This document shows positions 37,912 through 48,221 of a DNA stretch of 64,000 bases, one piece after another (the stretch's first letter is position 1; each line of letters starts with the position of its first letter). The notes beneath the pieces were generated by a model that had not been told where the DNA came from, made no database searches, and saw only the letters and a program-made list of their open reading frames with translations. The position numbers and the translations under genes are program-made. This DNA is from Entomortierella parvispora E1425 (taxonomy: Eukaryota; Fungi; Mortierellomycota): NCBI GenBank assembly GCA_020891255.1, contig BQFW01000010.1, positions 248,001-312,000 on the forward strand, given 5' to 3'.

Positions 37912-38631
37912 TCACTCTTGGACCTGATACCATAACATTCTGGACCAAGTTTTTTCATCATAGGTCCTCGTCGGTTTCCTCGCAGCCTCGACACCTGCAG
38001 GGCCGCCAAGACTCTTATTCAAATGCTTCAACACATTTTCTCTCTTATCATTACTCTTCAGCCCCTCGCTTTTGGTAACTAACAGTTGGGGGTATTCGTG
38101 TACCCATTCGTACCTCCTCTCATCCATGTGAGGAGGGAAATAATTCGGGGGCGAAGTATCGAATGTGGCCGTCGAGGTCTCGTTGCGACATTCAAGGCAC
38201 ATTCGGATCCTCCAATCGAGGTTAATCCTGTTACCCACAAGACGGTGCTTTTGGCCTCTGCCATCCGTGATATTCGTTGTTACCACTGGAATTCTAGGTA
38301 GTTTGATCAAGACCGGCATCGGCAACTTGGCTGCGTGAGTTTGTTGGAAGGGTATCAATTTTTGGCACGACTCGCAAAAATGTAAACTAACGGCGCACAT
38401 ATAGACCATGCAACTAGCAGATGCAGACCGTCCTTTAAGGACTCGGAGCTCTCGATCGGGATGAGTCAATGCAAAAAGCTGGATCCAGATGTTCAACGAA
38501 GCGACGATAGAGTAGAAGGTCTTGCTAACGAGTGAGAGGCGAGAAAGTTGAGACGGGTATAGATTGGAAAAGACCTCGCTCCAGATCTCGGCAGGGATAC
38601 GCTTGTCCTCAAGTAACTGGGTCGCCGACAT
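37912..38631 (-). CDS. F-box + CxxC..CxxC protein, array-2 copy C
   Basis: Intact 239-aa ORF with HFCESC, WRIRMCLECR and LGGPAGVEAA..TWSRMLWYQ. Confidence 0.9.
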   Translation of the reverse strand: MSATQLLEDKRIPAEIWSEVFSNLYPSQLSRLSLVSKTFYSIVASLNIWIQLFALTHPDRELRVLKGRSASASCMVYMCAVSLHFCESCQKLIPFQQTHAAKLPMPVLIKLPRIPVVTTNITDGRGQKHRLVGNRINLDWRIRMCLECRNETSTATFDTSPPNYFPPHMDERRYEWVHEYPQLLVTKSEGLKSNDKRENVLKHLNKSLGGPAGVEAARKPTRTYDEKTWSRMLWYQVQE

Positions 38632-38921
38632 GGAACTGAAGAAAAGGATTGGGAGTAAGGGTTGATTTTTTGGATGTTAGAGAGGGAGAGTGAAGTCGAC
38701 AGAAGGAAGGTTTTTTTTTTTTTTTTTTTTGTAATTTATTTTCCAATGGGCTGTGTTTTTGTTGTGCTTCTACCGCTTCTACCGCGGGATTAACAGCCAC
38801 TGGAGCGAATGGCCAACAAAGATGACAATGCTCCTTATTCACGGTATCTGGGTGGTTTCAGAAGGAAGAGAAGGACTGACAAGAGCCTCACTCATATTCG
38901 ATCGTAACGAGGGGGCACTCT

Positions 38922-39646
38922 TCAGTCTTGGCCCTGATACCATAAAATCCTTCGCTGAGTTTTTTTCATCATAGGTACTCGTCGATTTGTTTGCAGCCTC
39001 GACACCCACAGAGCCGCCAAGATTCTTCTTCAAATGACTTCACACTTCTCCATTTGTATAATAGCCATTTCAGCCCACGACCTCCAATCAACTGTAGCTG
39101 AGGGTAGAGGGTCACCCAATAATGATGATTCTTGTCATCCATACCTAGGGAGGAATATGCAGGTGGCAAAGTATCAGCTGCAGCCGTCGAACTCTCGTCG
39201 CGACATCCAAGACACATTCGAATCCTCCAGTCGATGTTAATCCTGTTGCCTGCAAGACGCTGATTTCCACTTTCACCGTTCGTAACATTCGTTGCTATCA
39301 CTGGAGTTCTAGGTAATGTGACCAAAACGGGCATAGGCAACTTGGCTGCGTGAGTTTCTCCGAAGGGTATCAGTTTTTGGCACGACTCGCAAAAGTGTAG
39401 GCTAAAGGCACACATATAGAGCATGCAGCAAGCGGACGCAGATCGTCTTGAAAGACTCGGAGCTCTTGCTTGGGGTGTGTCAGTGCAAAAGAGCCGAGAC
39501 CAGGTGGGCAAAGAGGCGACAATGGAGTAGAAGGTCCTGCTGATAAGTGAGAGGCGGGACAACTGAGAGGGATATAGATCTGAAAAGATCCTCTCCCAAA
39601 TCTCGACAGGAATACGCCCGTAATTTGATATCCGTTTTGCGGTCAT
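38922..39646 (-). pseudogene. Array-2 copy D, C-terminal frameshifts and stop
   Basis: Intact to YPQL. The tail (SHLKKNLGGSVGVEAA; RILWYQGQD) is recoverable only by frame changes, with an in-frame TGA and an A7 homopolymer shift. Sequencing error is not excluded. Confidence 0.65.
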
Positions 39647-39904
39647 GAAGGGAAGGGGAAGCGGTGAGAGAAAAAAAAAAATTAAATTTTGCTCCGCCAT
39701 GGTCTCTTTTGTTCCGCTTCCAGTCTTGCAGTCTGCGTCTTCGAATCCTGACCTCAAATCTTGCCACCTGTGAGCAACAACTTTTATCCATTCTACCTCG
39801 CTCGGAGCGATCTCTTGCTGTTGAACGTGAACTACCTTTACTTCATTGGTGGTACCTGGATGGTTTCTATAGGGAAGGAGAGAAGGAAAGAGACTGGATG
39901 CTCT

Positions 39905-40635
39905 TCAGTTTTGACCCTGATACCATAACATTCTGAACCCAGTTTTATCATCATAAAAGCGTGTCGGGTTCCTCGTAGCCTTGACACCTACAGGGCCGCC
40001 AAGATATCTGTACATATACTCCAAAACTTCTGCTTCTTTCTTCAAAAAAACTGTGTCGGCGTTAAGGCGAAGATGTTTGTAACACAGCTGATCTCACTTT
40101 TCCATTGAACGCTGTGTTGATTTGTCTAAAGACTGCGCCTCCCAGGGTGGTAGCGACTCGAGGGCCACAGCTGTCGAGGTCTCGTCGCGACACTTCAAAC
40201 ACTTTCGAATCCTCCAGTTGAGGTTCATCCAGTTACCCACGAGACCCTGGTTTCCATCTGTACCTCCTGTATTAGACGCCATTGCCGCCGGAGTGCTAGG
40301 CAATGTTGTTACCAAGACTGGCAGTGGGAGTTTGGCCGAGTGTTCTTGTCGGAAGGGAATCAATTTCTCGCAGGCTTCACAAAAGTGCAAACTAACAGCA
40401 CACATATACAACATGTAGCAATTGGACTTCGATCGTCCTTGAAGCACTCGAAGATCCTTTTTGGGATGCGTTATCTCAAAGAGTCGATACCAGATAGGCA
40501 AAGAGGAGACGATAGAGTACAAGGTCTTGCTGACGATGGAAGGTCGCGACAGCTGTGACGGATAGAGATGGAAAATATTCTTTCCCAGACCTCGACAGGT
40601 ACATGCTTCTCGTTTGATATCCTTCTTGCCGACAT
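39905..40635 (-). pseudogene. Array-2 copy E, multiple frameshifts
   Basis: 1-nt deletion in the F-box (TCC ATC TCT vs TCC GAT CTC). The core ORF 40094-40522 stops early; the tail YLGGPVGVKAT..RMLWYQGQN is in another frame. Confidence 0.75.
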
Positions 40636-40945
40636 GGGAGTGTGGAAAAGGAATGGAGGTGAGGGTTGGTTGGTTGGAGAGGAGGGAAGAAAAGTCGACA
40701 GCGAGGAAACAAGTTGATTTTGGGCGGTGCCTTGCTTTTTTTTTTTTTTTTTTTGTGCCTGCTGAAACTTCGCAGGCCGCTTTTGTGGAAAAGGAAGGAT
40801 GAAGTTCGCCCCGCCCGTTTTATTCTTTCGAATTTCAAAATGATACACCTTGGGTGGTAACATGGTTCAGATTTCCGGAGAGCGATTTCCTGGTCCCGTG
40901 TCGATCGATCGAGGGTAGAGCAGTGAGCAACAGCGTGGCGGGACT

Positions 40946-41683
40946 TTATTCCTGTGTTTGGTACCACACGATCCTGGACCAAGTTTTTGCGTCATAGTGC
41001 CGAACTGGATTCTTGCCTGCCTCGACACCGGCAGGACCGCCCAGATTTTTGTGCATGAACCCCACCACAGTGGCTTTGTTGATCCATGTGGCCGAGCTCC
41101 AGTATCTGCGAATGTCTGTTTGGATCAGCTGAGGGTAGACGATTTCCCAATTGCTCAAAGCACGGTTGGTGGCCCTGTCGGGAGACAGATCGCGCGGTGG
41201 TATGGACTCGAGGGAATCTGCTGAAGAGGTAGGGTCCCGACAATGAAAGCACTTTCGAATCCGCCAATCAATGTTGATCATGTTGCCCACAACATTCCGA
41301 CGGTCCACTCTGCCGCGTGTGAGGGTCGTCGTTTGAATGGGTGTTTTAGGTAAGGTGACCAAGACGGGCATGGGCAGCCTGGCCGAGCAATCCTGTTGGA
41401 AAGGCAGCAACTTTTCGCACGACTCGCAAAAGTGCAAACTGATGGCGCACATGTAGATCATGCAGCAAGCGGACGCAGACCGTCCTCGGAGAATCCGGAG
41501 TTCCTTTCCCGGGTGTGTTGATGCAAAGAGTCGAGTCCAGATGGGCAACGACGAGACAACGTCGTAAAAGGTCCTGCTGACGAGAGAGAGGCGTGCGAGT
41601 TGAGATGGGTATAAGTTGGAAAAGACATTTTCCCAGACCTCGGCAGGCACAGTCCTGTCCATTGATATCCGCTTTGCTGGCAT
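40946..41683 (-). CDS. F-box + CxxC..CxxC protein, array-2 copy F
   Basis: Intact 245-aa ORF with the family motifs. Confidence 0.9.
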   Translation of the reverse strand: MPAKRISMDRTVPAEVWENVFSNLYPSQLARLSLVSRTFYDVVSSLPIWTRLFASTHPGKELRILRGRSASACCMIYMCAISLHFCESCEKLLPFQQDCSARLPMPVLVTLPKTPIQTTTLTRGRVDRRNVVGNMINIDWRIRKCFHCRDPTSSADSLESIPPRDLSPDRATNRALSNWEIVYPQLIQTDIRRYWSSATWINKATVVGFMHKNLGGPAGVEAGKNPVRHYDAKTWSRIVWYQTQE

Positions 41684-42021
41684 AGTGAGTGAAGGAGATG
41701 TTTGAACTGATTACTGTTTTGAGAAAAAGGAGGAAAGAGGAAGTCAACAGGAGAAAAAGAGGCATTTTTTTTTCCCAGTTATGCTGTGCTCTCACCTCAT
41801 GCTTGTCTCTGAGCCACAAGATCTAAACTTTTTAATTCTGTTATGTACGCCCTCAAGGACTTTAGATCTCGCTCCTGTTGCAGATCCAAATAGAGCTCTT
41901 TGACGGGTGCAGCAGGGTGGGCTTCCAAGGGAAAGAAGAAAAAACATGACACGTTTTTATTTTCGTGTCCCCCTTTTTTTCGTTTGTTGCTCAGTCAATG
42001 GTGCAACGGACGAGACGGTCT

Positions 42022-42753
42022 TCAGTCCTGCTCCTGGTACCACACGATTCTAGACCAGGTTATTGCATCGTACTTGCTAATCAAGTATTTGGCAGCCTCA
42101 ACGCCAACTGGGCCACCAAGATGTTGGTTCAAATGACTTATCACAGTTGATCTCGTACCCCAGCCAGTTCTCCTCATGTCTGGATGAGCGCTGATAAGCA
42201 ACAGTTGAGGGAAAGTCCTTTGCCATTCGTAAAGGGAGGTCCCCCAGGTCATGTCGAGGCTAATGGGCGGCAAAGACTCGGGGGCTTCAGCTGTCGAGGT
42301 ATCGTTTCGACATCCAAGACACATTCGAATCCGCCATTTGAAGTTTATCCTGCCACCTACAAGATTCTGGCTGCCAATGCTGCTGCTTGTGATGGTTGTC
42401 GTTACCAATGGACTTGTAGGCAGGGTTACCAAGACTGGCAACGGAAGCTTCCCTGGGTGTTGTTGTCTGAAAGGCGTCAACCTTTGACATGACTCGCAAA
42501 AGTGTAAGCTAATGGCGCACATATAGAGCATGCAACAGGCAGATGCAGACCGTTCAGACAGCACTCGAAGTTCCTTATTGGGGTGCGTTAATGCAAAGAG
42601 TCGAGTCCATATGGGCAGAGAGGCGACAATCGAATAAAAAGTCTTACTGACGAGAGAGAGGCGCGACAGTTGAGATGGATACAGATATGAGAAGATCTGT
42701 TCCCAAACCTCGGCGGGGACATGCTTGTCGTTTGATATCCTGTTTGCTGTCAT
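42022..42753 (-). CDS. F-box + CxxC..CxxC protein, array-2 copy G
   Basis: Intact 243-aa ORF with the family motifs. Confidence 0.9.
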   Translation of the reverse strand: MTANRISNDKHVPAEVWEQIFSYLYPSQLSRLSLVSKTFYSIVASLPIWTRLFALTHPNKELRVLSERSASACCMLYMCAISLHFCESCQRLTPFRQQHPGKLPLPVLVTLPTSPLVTTTITSSSIGSQNLVGGRINFKWRIRMCLGCRNDTSTAEAPESLPPISLDMTWGTSLYEWQRTFPQLLLISAHPDMRRTGWGTRSTVISHLNQHLGGPVGVEAAKYLISKYDAITWSRIVWYQEQD

Positions 42754-43052
42754 GGAGGGAGAGAGGGAAGGGGCTTCGAGAGATTGCTGGTTTTTTTTTT
42801 TTCAAAAGGGGGAGAAGGCGAAGGAAGGGGGAAAAGTGATTTTTTATTTTATTTGTGCTTTGTTTCTTCGTTCTTGCACGCAGTCTGTGGCTCAAACCCG
42901 AAGCAGAGAGAGAGTGCTACCGTGGGAATATCCCCTGCTGCAATGGTTCAGTTGGGGTCAGCGCATCTTCGACTCTTCGTGCCTTTCTGTGCCCTTGGCA
43001 ACATGGCCCCCATAGTCAGCGGTCAATCTCCGTTGTAGTGAACGAGATGCCT

Positions 43053-43787
43053 TCAGTCCTGGCACTGGTACCATACTATCCTGGACCAGGTTTTAGCATC
43101 GAATTTCTGAATTGGGAGCTTTGCAACCTCGAGGCCGATAGGGCCGCCGAACTGTTTCTTCATAAAAATCTTCAGTTGTGATACCTTGACCCGACCAGAC
43201 AGACCCGAGTCGCGAGCATGCTTGATATATCTCAACTCAGGATAGATGAACTCCCAATCGTGAAACCCTCGTCCCGAATCCCCATCATCGTAGGGCTCAT
43301 CAGGTGGCAAGGACTCGGGGGCTACATATGTCGAAGTAGCATCCCGGCATGCAAGGCACTTTCGAATCCGCCAATTGAGATTGATCATGTTGCCCACGAT
43401 ATTCCCGCTGTCCACTTTGCCTGTGGTGATAGTCGTCCTAACTGGGGTGCTGGGCAGTGTGACCAAAACTGGCAACGGCAGCTTGGCAGAGTGTTCTTGT
43501 CGGAAGGGTATCAACTTTTGACATGCCTCACAAAAGTGCAAACTGATGGCGCACATATAGATCATGCAACAAGTGGACGAGGACCGTCCTTGAAGGAGCC
43601 GGAGCGCCTTGTTGGGGTGGGTCAACTCAAAGAGTCGAATCCAGATAGGCAACGAAGCGACGATGGCATAGAAGGTCTTGCTGACGCGTGAGAGGCGGGA
43701 CAGTTGAGACGGGTACAGATCCGAAAAGATCTTTTCCCAGATCTCGACAGGGACACGCTTGTCGTTGGAGAATCGTTTTCCTGTCAT
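43053..43787 (-). CDS. F-box + CxxC..CxxC protein, array-2 copy H
   Basis: Start MTGKRFS at 43787; intact. Confidence 0.9.
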   Translation of the reverse strand: MTGKRFSNDKRVPVEIWEKIFSDLYPSQLSRLSRVSKTFYAIVASLPIWIRLFELTHPNKALRLLQGRSSSTCCMIYMCAISLHFCEACQKLIPFRQEHSAKLPLPVLVTLPSTPVRTTITTGKVDSGNIVGNMINLNWRIRKCLACRDATSTYVAPESLPPDEPYDDGDSGRGFHDWEFIYPELRYIKHARDSGLSGRVKVSQLKIFMKKQFGGPIGLEVAKLPIQKFDAKTWSRIVWYQCQD

Positions 43788-44074
43788 GCAAAAAAGAAAC
43801 AGTCGCAGTGAGGGAAGCGAGGGAAGTGTAAGGAAGCAAAACACGTTTCTTTTTTCCTTCTGTGCCTCGAATTTTGTCTGCCTAAGCCTTCAGTGCAGGA
43901 AAGCGCCTGGAAAGGGTTTGAAGCTGGTTTCGGTTGGGAAGAAAAGGAGGCTTTTGAGAAGAATGATTTTCGTGGGTTTTATGAGAGCGCGTCAATCGAT
44001 CGACGGTTTCAGCAAATGAGGGTGAACCACATGTCCCCAGGGGGCACAATCGCAACAACGAACGGGATGTGTCC

Positions 44075-44705
44075 TCAATCTTGGTCCTGATACCATAGAC
44101 TACGATCCTGGACCAAGTTTTTGCTCCGTAATTTTGTGTCGAGTACCTGGCAACCGCAACACCGACAGGGCCACCAATATGTTTGTTCAAGTGGCTTATT
44201 ACCATTGACCTCGAGTCCTAGCCTCCACCACTCACGAATTGAGCCCTGATAAGCATCAATTGAGGGTAAGTCTGTTGCCATGTGGAAAATGGAGGTCACT
44301 GGGCAGCAGAGACTCAGGGCTTTACACATTCGAGTCCGCCATTTAAAGTTTATCCTGCCACTCACAAGATAATGGCCGCCACCTCTGCTGCTTGTGATAG
44401 TTGTCGTCACAACTGGACTTTTAGGCAGGGTTACCAAGACTGGCAATGGAGGCATTCCCGCGTGCTTTTGTTTCAAGGGCGTCAACCTTTGACATGACTC
44501 GCAAAGGTGTAAACTAATGGCGCACATATAGAGCATACAACAGGTAGATGCAGACCGAATGGGCAGAGGCGACAGCCGAATAAAAAGTCTTGCTGACGAG
44601 AGAGAGGTTGCGACAGCTGAGATGGATACAGATAAGAGAAGATCTGTTCCAAAACCCCGGCAGGGATACGCTTGTCGTTTGGTATAATAGCCGAATTGCT
44701 GTTAG
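44075..44705 (-). pseudogene. Array-2 copy I (G-like), start lost, frameshifted, with deletions
   Basis: No ATG at the homologous position; frameshift in LSRLS; deletion of the THP..RS linker; second CxxC broken (RMCKALS). Confidence 0.8.
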
Positions 44706-44913
44706 GAGAGAGAAAGGGAAGGGGCTTCGAGTGTTTGCTGCTTTTTATTTAATAAGTGATTTTTTATTGCGCTTTGGTTCTTCTTACACGCAGTCTGTGC
44801 CACCGTGGTAATAATATCCTCCGCTGCAATAGTTCAATTGCGATCTGCACATCTGACTCGTGTCTTCATGTGCCCTTGGCAACATGGCCCCCATGATCGG
44901 CGGTCAATCTCCG

Positions 44914-45657
44914 TTAGTCTTGGCACTGGTACCATAATATCCTGGTCCAGGTTTTTGCATCGTAGTCGCGAATTGAGCTCTTTGCAGCTTCAACGCCTAC
45001 TGGGCCACCAAGTTGTCCGTTCATATAGCTTATCAATTGTGGTTCTAGAATCTGCCTAGTCAGGCACACATTGTTGATATCCACTACAATGTTGGTATAT
45101 TTTAATTGAGGATACGTCCTCATCCAATCTTCAAGCCTCCATAGTGTAGTCTCATTTCGGTAAGGCCCCGCAGGTGGCAAGCACTCGGGGACTACATATG
45201 TTGAAGTAGCATCCCGGCATCCAAGGCACTTTCGAATCCGCCAATTGAGATTGATCATGTTGCCCACGATATTCCCGCTGTCCACTTTGCCTGTGGTGAT
45301 AGTCGTCCTAACTGGGGTGCTGGGCAGTGTGACCAAAACTGGCAACGGCAGCTTGGCAGAGTGTTCTTGTCGGAAGGGTATCAACTTTTGACATGCCTCA
45401 CAAAAGTGCAAACTGATGGCGCACATATAGATCATGCAACAAATGGACGAGGACCGTCCTTGAAGGAGCCGGAGCGCCTTGTTGGGGTGGGTCAACTCAA
45501 AGAGTCGAATCCAGATAGGCAACGAAGCGACGATGGCATAGAGAGTCTTGCTGACGCGTGAGAGGCGGGACAGTTGAGACGGGTACAGATCCGAAAAGAT
45601 CTTTTCCCAGATCTCTACAGGGACACGCTTGTCGTTGGATAACCGTTTTCCTGTCAT
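44914..45657 (-). CDS. F-box + CxxC..CxxC protein, array-2 copy J (H-like)
   Basis: Start MTGKRLS at 45657; intact. Six differences from H in the first 162 aa. Confidence 0.9.
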   Translation of the reverse strand: MTGKRLSNDKRVPVEIWEKIFSDLYPSQLSRLSRVSKTLYAIVASLPIWIRLFELTHPNKALRLLQGRSSSICCMIYMCAISLHFCEACQKLIPFRQEHSAKLPLPVLVTLPSTPVRTTITTGKVDSGNIVGNMINLNWRIRKCLGCRDATSTYVVPECLPPAGPYRNETTLWRLEDWMRTYPQLKYTNIVVDINNVCLTRQILEPQLISYMNGQLGGPVGVEAAKSSIRDYDAKTWTRILWYQCQD

Positions 45658-45892
45658 GTGAAGAACAAAGAGTCGCAACGAGGGAAGGTCCGGAAACAAA
45701 AAAAAGTGCTTTTTTTTCCTGCTGCGCCACTTGTTCACAGAGCCAGGAACCAGTTATTTGGGTTTGATGAAAAAAAAAAAAAAAAAAAAAAAAAACGCGT
45801 GGTTTTTACTTTTTAGGAGAGCGTGTCCATCGATCAACAGTTTAAACAAAAAAGGGTGAACCGCGTAAGTCCACGACGAACGAGATGCATGT

Positions 45893-46130
45893 TCAATCCT
45901 GGTCCTGATAGTATACGAACCTGGACCAAGTTTTAGCATCGTACTTTTGTGTCGAGTTCTTGGCAGCCAGGACGCCGACAGGGCCGCCGCCAAAATATCG
46001 TTCCATAGACCTCATGACAGTTGATTTTGAAAGGATGGTATTCGAGGGCATTTCAGCCAGGTCCCTGACATGAATCACTACAATCAAAACCAAACTTGGA
46101 GAAACAGGATGTGGATCTTGGAGGCATGGC
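45893..46130 (-). pseudogene. Array-2 copy K, 3' fragment only
   Basis: MERYFGGGPVGVLAAKNSTQKYDAKTWSRFVYYQDQD* with no F-box or zinc finger upstream. Confidence 0.75.
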
Positions 46131-46389
46131 GCCAGAAGCAAGATCACTTCTCCTCTCTCCTGACTCCACTGTCTTTATTTCAGGCTCCCCATCAGAGTCT
46201 CTCGCCATTGTCCCTCCCGCCTCTCCCCACGCCCTCTCCCCACGCCCTCTTAACACCACCATCCTTACCTCCATTCCTCCTCGAGTATCTTACGTGACAT
46301 TAGCGCTTCTCGAAAGCAAAGACGATCGCAGTTCAAGTGAAATTTATTAATTTAGAACGACAGCCGATCCGTTCACCTCAAAGATGACA

Positions 46390-46536
46390 CTACTGGTTTG
46401 CGCATGTTTTCTGTTCGTGGGCTACGTACTCATTATATTCATTTGCTACATAACTTGTTGAGCCGCACTCTGCCTGGTCAAAGCAAGCCACCATTTCCCT
46501 CAGAAGTGGGCAGGCACAAGCGTCGGTTAAGGATCA
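46390..46536 (-). pseudogene. Decayed paralog of the small Cys-rich secreted protein
   Basis: TDACACPLLREMVACFDQAECGSTSYVANEYNEYVAHEQKTCANQ* aligns with 47292-47567. It is preceded by an in-frame TGA (46534-46536). Flanking non-coding DNA is also duplicated. Confidence 0.7.
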
Positions 46537-46637
46537 GCAAGCAGGAGCATTTTAAGGAGGGAGACGTCCAGTGACGACAGATGTCGTGGGGCGGGCAACC
46601 TGAAGAGGGGGAATCCGAGGGGAAGTGGACCTGAAGG

Positions 46638-46670
<33 letters not shown>

Positions 46671-47291
46671 TCGTCAAGAAACCGCACAGAAATCAATGAA
46701 CCCGGAGACACCGGGTATGAAAATCAAAGGCAGCACCGATGGCAGAGACTGCCTAAGAGACAACTAAGTGGTCATCGAGCGGGGAACTAATGAAATAGAA
46801 CTATCAGAAGCACTTCTCTCTTGCAAATGTGGTGTCAACTCTCAACAACGTCAATGAGCATCTTCGTAGCAGCAATCTCATGATGGAGAGCTACCATTTC
46901 CTCCGTCTAGTATATGTGAAACATTCAATCCTGGGATGTGATGGTGTTAAAAGTACTACAGAGATAAGAAGAAGAAAAAAAGAAAATAAAATGGTGCCAA
47001 AATGGAGCAGGGCATGGATCTTGCGGGTACTTGCCGATAGGAAGATCACAGATCCTTTCCATTGATGCTGTTGTCTTTGTTCATGCCCTTCATTAAAGTC
47101 CCACACCAATGGCTGCCCTCCCCACGCGCTTTGTCATCTCAGCCCTTATTACTCATTCCTCTTCGAGCATCCATATGAAACGCTGGCTCTTCTCGAAAGC
47201 AAAGACAAACCGTCAGCCAGCCTTCTACAGATGGCAGGCAGAGCGAAATTTATTTATAACGACAGCCTATCCGTTCACCCCAACGAGAACA

Positions 47292-47567
47292 CTATTCACT
47301 TGCGCACGCTGTGTTTTTCAGCTCTAAGACTTCAGCATATTCAGTTTTTTCAGAGCTTGTTGGGCCGCAGTCTGCCTTGTCATAGCAAACCACCATGTCC
47401 TTCAGAAGTGGACAGGAACAAGCGTTCGTTGGGCAACGGTCGAGATCGCTTTCTATTTGCTCTCTGCAATCTTTGACACTCGAAGTGGAGCACGCTGCCT
47501 CCACCAAGCTGAAGACGATTAGCACCGACAATCCCACGCAAGTAAGAAGACGCCTGGATGTAACCAT
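47292..47567 (-). CDS. Small secreted cysteine-rich protein (91 aa, 8 Cys, CFEM-like spacing)
   Basis: Hydrophobic leader MVTSRRLLTCVGLSVLIVFSLVEA; mature C-x7-C-x10-C-x4-C-x-C-x8-C-x5-C-x20-C. Confidence 0.8.
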   Translation of the reverse strand: MVTSRRLLTCVGLSVLIVFSLVEAACSTSSVKDCREQIESDLDRCPTNACSCPLLKDMVVCYDKADCGPTSSEKTEYAEVLELKNTACASE

Positions 47568-48221
47568 TCTGTGATGAGTGGATGGAAGAGGAGGCAAGAA
47601 AGTAACGGAGGCGTTAGTGCTTACGTCTGAAATATAATGAGTGGGTGGCAAGGCAATTAGTCGAGTTCTCACTTTGGTGGACGTGTGGGATTTCCGACTA
47701 GCCCAAAAACGAGAGATGCCTAAGATCAAGGAGAAAATTCAAGGGGAGAGCCAAGGGATACAAAACAACATCAAGGGATGACAAAGATCTGCGAGTGGGA
47801 ACATCAAAAGGAGGGAAAGGGCCACTGGATGCTAGAAACATTGAGGGCAGGATAAAAATGATCGAGGGATACGAGGAGAAGTGTGACTAAGGGGAAAAGA
47901 GGGGCACGCCTAGGAACTACATGAAATCAATGAACCTGGTTGAGATACCGGGTATGAAAATCGAAGGTAATACCGGTGGCAGAGACTGGTCACCGGGCGG
48001 CAAACTAATGAAAAGGCAGCTATCAAGCCAGAGTCAAAGCTGCTTCAGCTGAAAGAGCCCTTTCCATTACAGCTGTATTCTCAACTCTCAACAAAGTCAA
48101 TGAGCATCCGCATGGTTGTGGTAGCAGTCTTAAAACGGATATCCATCCACTTCGTATTGGTATATTGGGTATACATGGAGCGATAGCAACCATAAATTCT
48201 ATGACCCGCTAAGTATATATG

